Assembly: GCA_934246625.1 (NCBI GenBank)
Contig: CAKQHZ010000001.1
Span: forward strand, 180,001 to 212,000
Direction of reading: 5' to 3'
Length of the DNA stretch: 32,000 bases
From: an uncultured Alphaproteobacteria bacterium
Lineage (GTDB): Bacteria > Pseudomonadota > Alphaproteobacteria > Rs-D84 > CACZYB01
Part shown: positions 31,008-32,000 of the stretch, piece after piece
Position numbering within the stretch: the stretch's first letter is position 1
How the letters are laid out: every line of letters starts with the position of its first letter
The notes under the pieces: generated by a model
Told to the model about the DNA's origin: nothing
What the model saw: the letters and a program-made list of their open reading frames with translations, nothing else
The model's database searches: none
Program-made: the position numbers and the translations under genes

Positions 31008-32000
31008 ATGTTTTACAATTTAGTTAGCCAATGGGACGGCATTTTCAATATCTTTAGATACATAACTTTCAGAACTGGTGCTGCACTTTTAACATCTTTG
31101 TTCATCTACTTACTTTTTGGAAATAAATTTATAAATTTCATAAAAAAAAGATTTGCTCAACCTATACGAAAGGAAGGTCCACAATCTCATTTAAAAAAGC
31201 AAGGAACTCCAACAATGGGCGGTGTATTGATGATTATTTCAATACTTGTATCTGCTTTGTTATGGTGCAATTTGAATAATGGATACGTATGGATTGTATT
31301 ATTTACTATGCTTTCATTCGGACTTATCGGATTTATTGATGATTATTTCAAGGTTGTTCACGGAAATGCTTATCGTGGATTATCAGCAAAGTTAAGATTG
31401 ATTTTACAATTTATTTTAAGTGGTTTTGCATGTTATGGAATTTACTCTTTGATGCCAAATGAATTTAAAACAGCAATCACAATTCCATTTTTCAAAAATA
31501 TTCTTTGGGATATTGGTATTTTATATTTTATTTTTGTTGCATTTGTAATTGTTGGAACATCTAATGCTGTAAATTTAACTGATGGAATTGATGGACTTGC
31601 AAGTATGATTACTATAAGTTCTTTTGTTGTATTTTTGATTGTATCATACCTTGTTGGTCGTGCAGATTTTTCATTATATCTTTTCCTTCCATATATTCCA
31701 GGAGCAGGAGAAATTACCGTTTTAATAGGTTCTTTGATTGGTGCGATTTTGGGATTTTTATGGTTCAATGCATATCCAGCAAAAATCTTTATGGGTGATG
31801 TCGGTTCTCTTGCAATAGGTTCTTCTTTAGGTGTTATAAGTGTTATTACAAAAAATGAATTTTTACTTCTTATTTGTGGTGCTATTTTTGTAGTTGAGGC
31901 TTTGTCAGTAATACTTCAATTAGCATCATATAAAATCAGAGGTAGAGGTATTTTTAAAATGGCTCCTATACATCATCATTTTGAATTAAAGGGTTGGAGT
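31008..32000 (+). CDS. mraY: Phospho-N-acetylmuramoyl-pentapeptide transferase, partial (runs off the window end)
   Basis: Absent from the ORF track because it has no stop in the window. Hand translation from ATG 31008 gives MFYNLVSQWDGIFNIFRYITFRTGAALLTSLFIYLLFGNKFINFIKKRFAQPIRKEGPQSHLKKQGTPTMGGVLMI...NAVNLTDGIDGLA...MGDVGSLAIG...APIHHHFELKGW, which are canonical MraY blocks. Confidence 0.93.
   Translation, partial: MFYNLVSQWDGIFNIFRYITFRTGAALLTSLFIYLLFGNKFINFIKKRFAQPIRKEGPQSHLKKQGTPTMGGVLMIISILVSALLWCNLNNGYVWIVLFTMLSFGLIGFIDDYFKVVHGNAYRGLSAKLRLILQFILSGFACYGIYSLMPNEFKTAITIPFFKNILWDIGILYFIFVAFVIVGTSNAVNLTDGIDGLASMITISSFVVFLIVSYLVGRADFSLYLFLPYIPGAGEITVLIGSLIGAILGFLWFNAYPAKIFMGDVGSLAIGSSLGVISVITKNEFLLLICGAIFVVEALSVILQLASYKIRGRGIFKMAPIHHHFELKGWS

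Noticed and set aside
31442-31768. 108-aa minus-strand ORF inside mraY
   Set aside because: It lies antisense to a motif-complete mraY reading frame.
1-32000. CRISPR arrays, tRNA/rRNA genes, IS elements, integrases, toxin-antitoxin pairs and known defence-system genes
   Set aside because: I scanned the intergenic regions and all ORF translations. I saw no regularly spaced repeats, no cloverleaf-type GTTCRANYC arms in intergenic DNA, and no transposase, integrase or recombinase-like translations.

Overview
This is an AT-rich bacterial chromosomal window, roughly 30% G+C by hand counts. It is densely coding, with about 31 protein genes and one RNA gene. I found no CRISPR array, tRNA, rRNA, transposase or integrase. 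The gene content suggests a low-GC alphaproteobacterium-like lineage, which is inference only: class I lysyl-tRNA synthetase, a DUF3126 protein, an EnvC-like/CtpA pair, and an mraZ-rsmH-ftsL-ftsI...mraY division cluster. Most of the window is housekeeping: ctpA (partial), an EnvC-like M23 protein, a short CCA/poly(A)-family nucleotidyltransferase, era, fabI, a GT4 glycosyltransferase, glgA, class I lysS, pheT, pheS, rplT, rpmI, recF, a YmdB-like phosphoesterase, SRP RNA, mraZ, rsmH, ftsL, ftsI and mraY (partial). The parts worth a second look are these. (1) A secreted protein gene (3444-4061) has a G9 homopolymer inside its signal-peptide codons, a eukaryote-style CxxCPxGTY cysteine module, and a GC-rich Gly/Ser/Cys/Arg repeat tail. 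(2) A cytosolic S8 subtilase-like gene sits between rplT and pheS, bracketed by a perfect 22-nt direct repeat that duplicates the pheS ribosome-binding site, start codon and first codons. (3) A lone TraG/VirD4-type coupling protein gene with raised G+C lies between recF and rpmI, with no other type IV secretion genes in view. (4) An alpha/beta hydrolase is translationally coupled to a MurF-like ligase whose N-terminal domain is replaced by about five transmembrane helices, while the nearby dcw cluster goes straight from ftsI to mraY without murE-murF. (5) Two tandem outer-membrane barrel proteins share a Tyr-rich N-terminal module, and the first is loosely omptin-like. All functional calls come from reading the translations and recalling family motifs. 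No searches were run.
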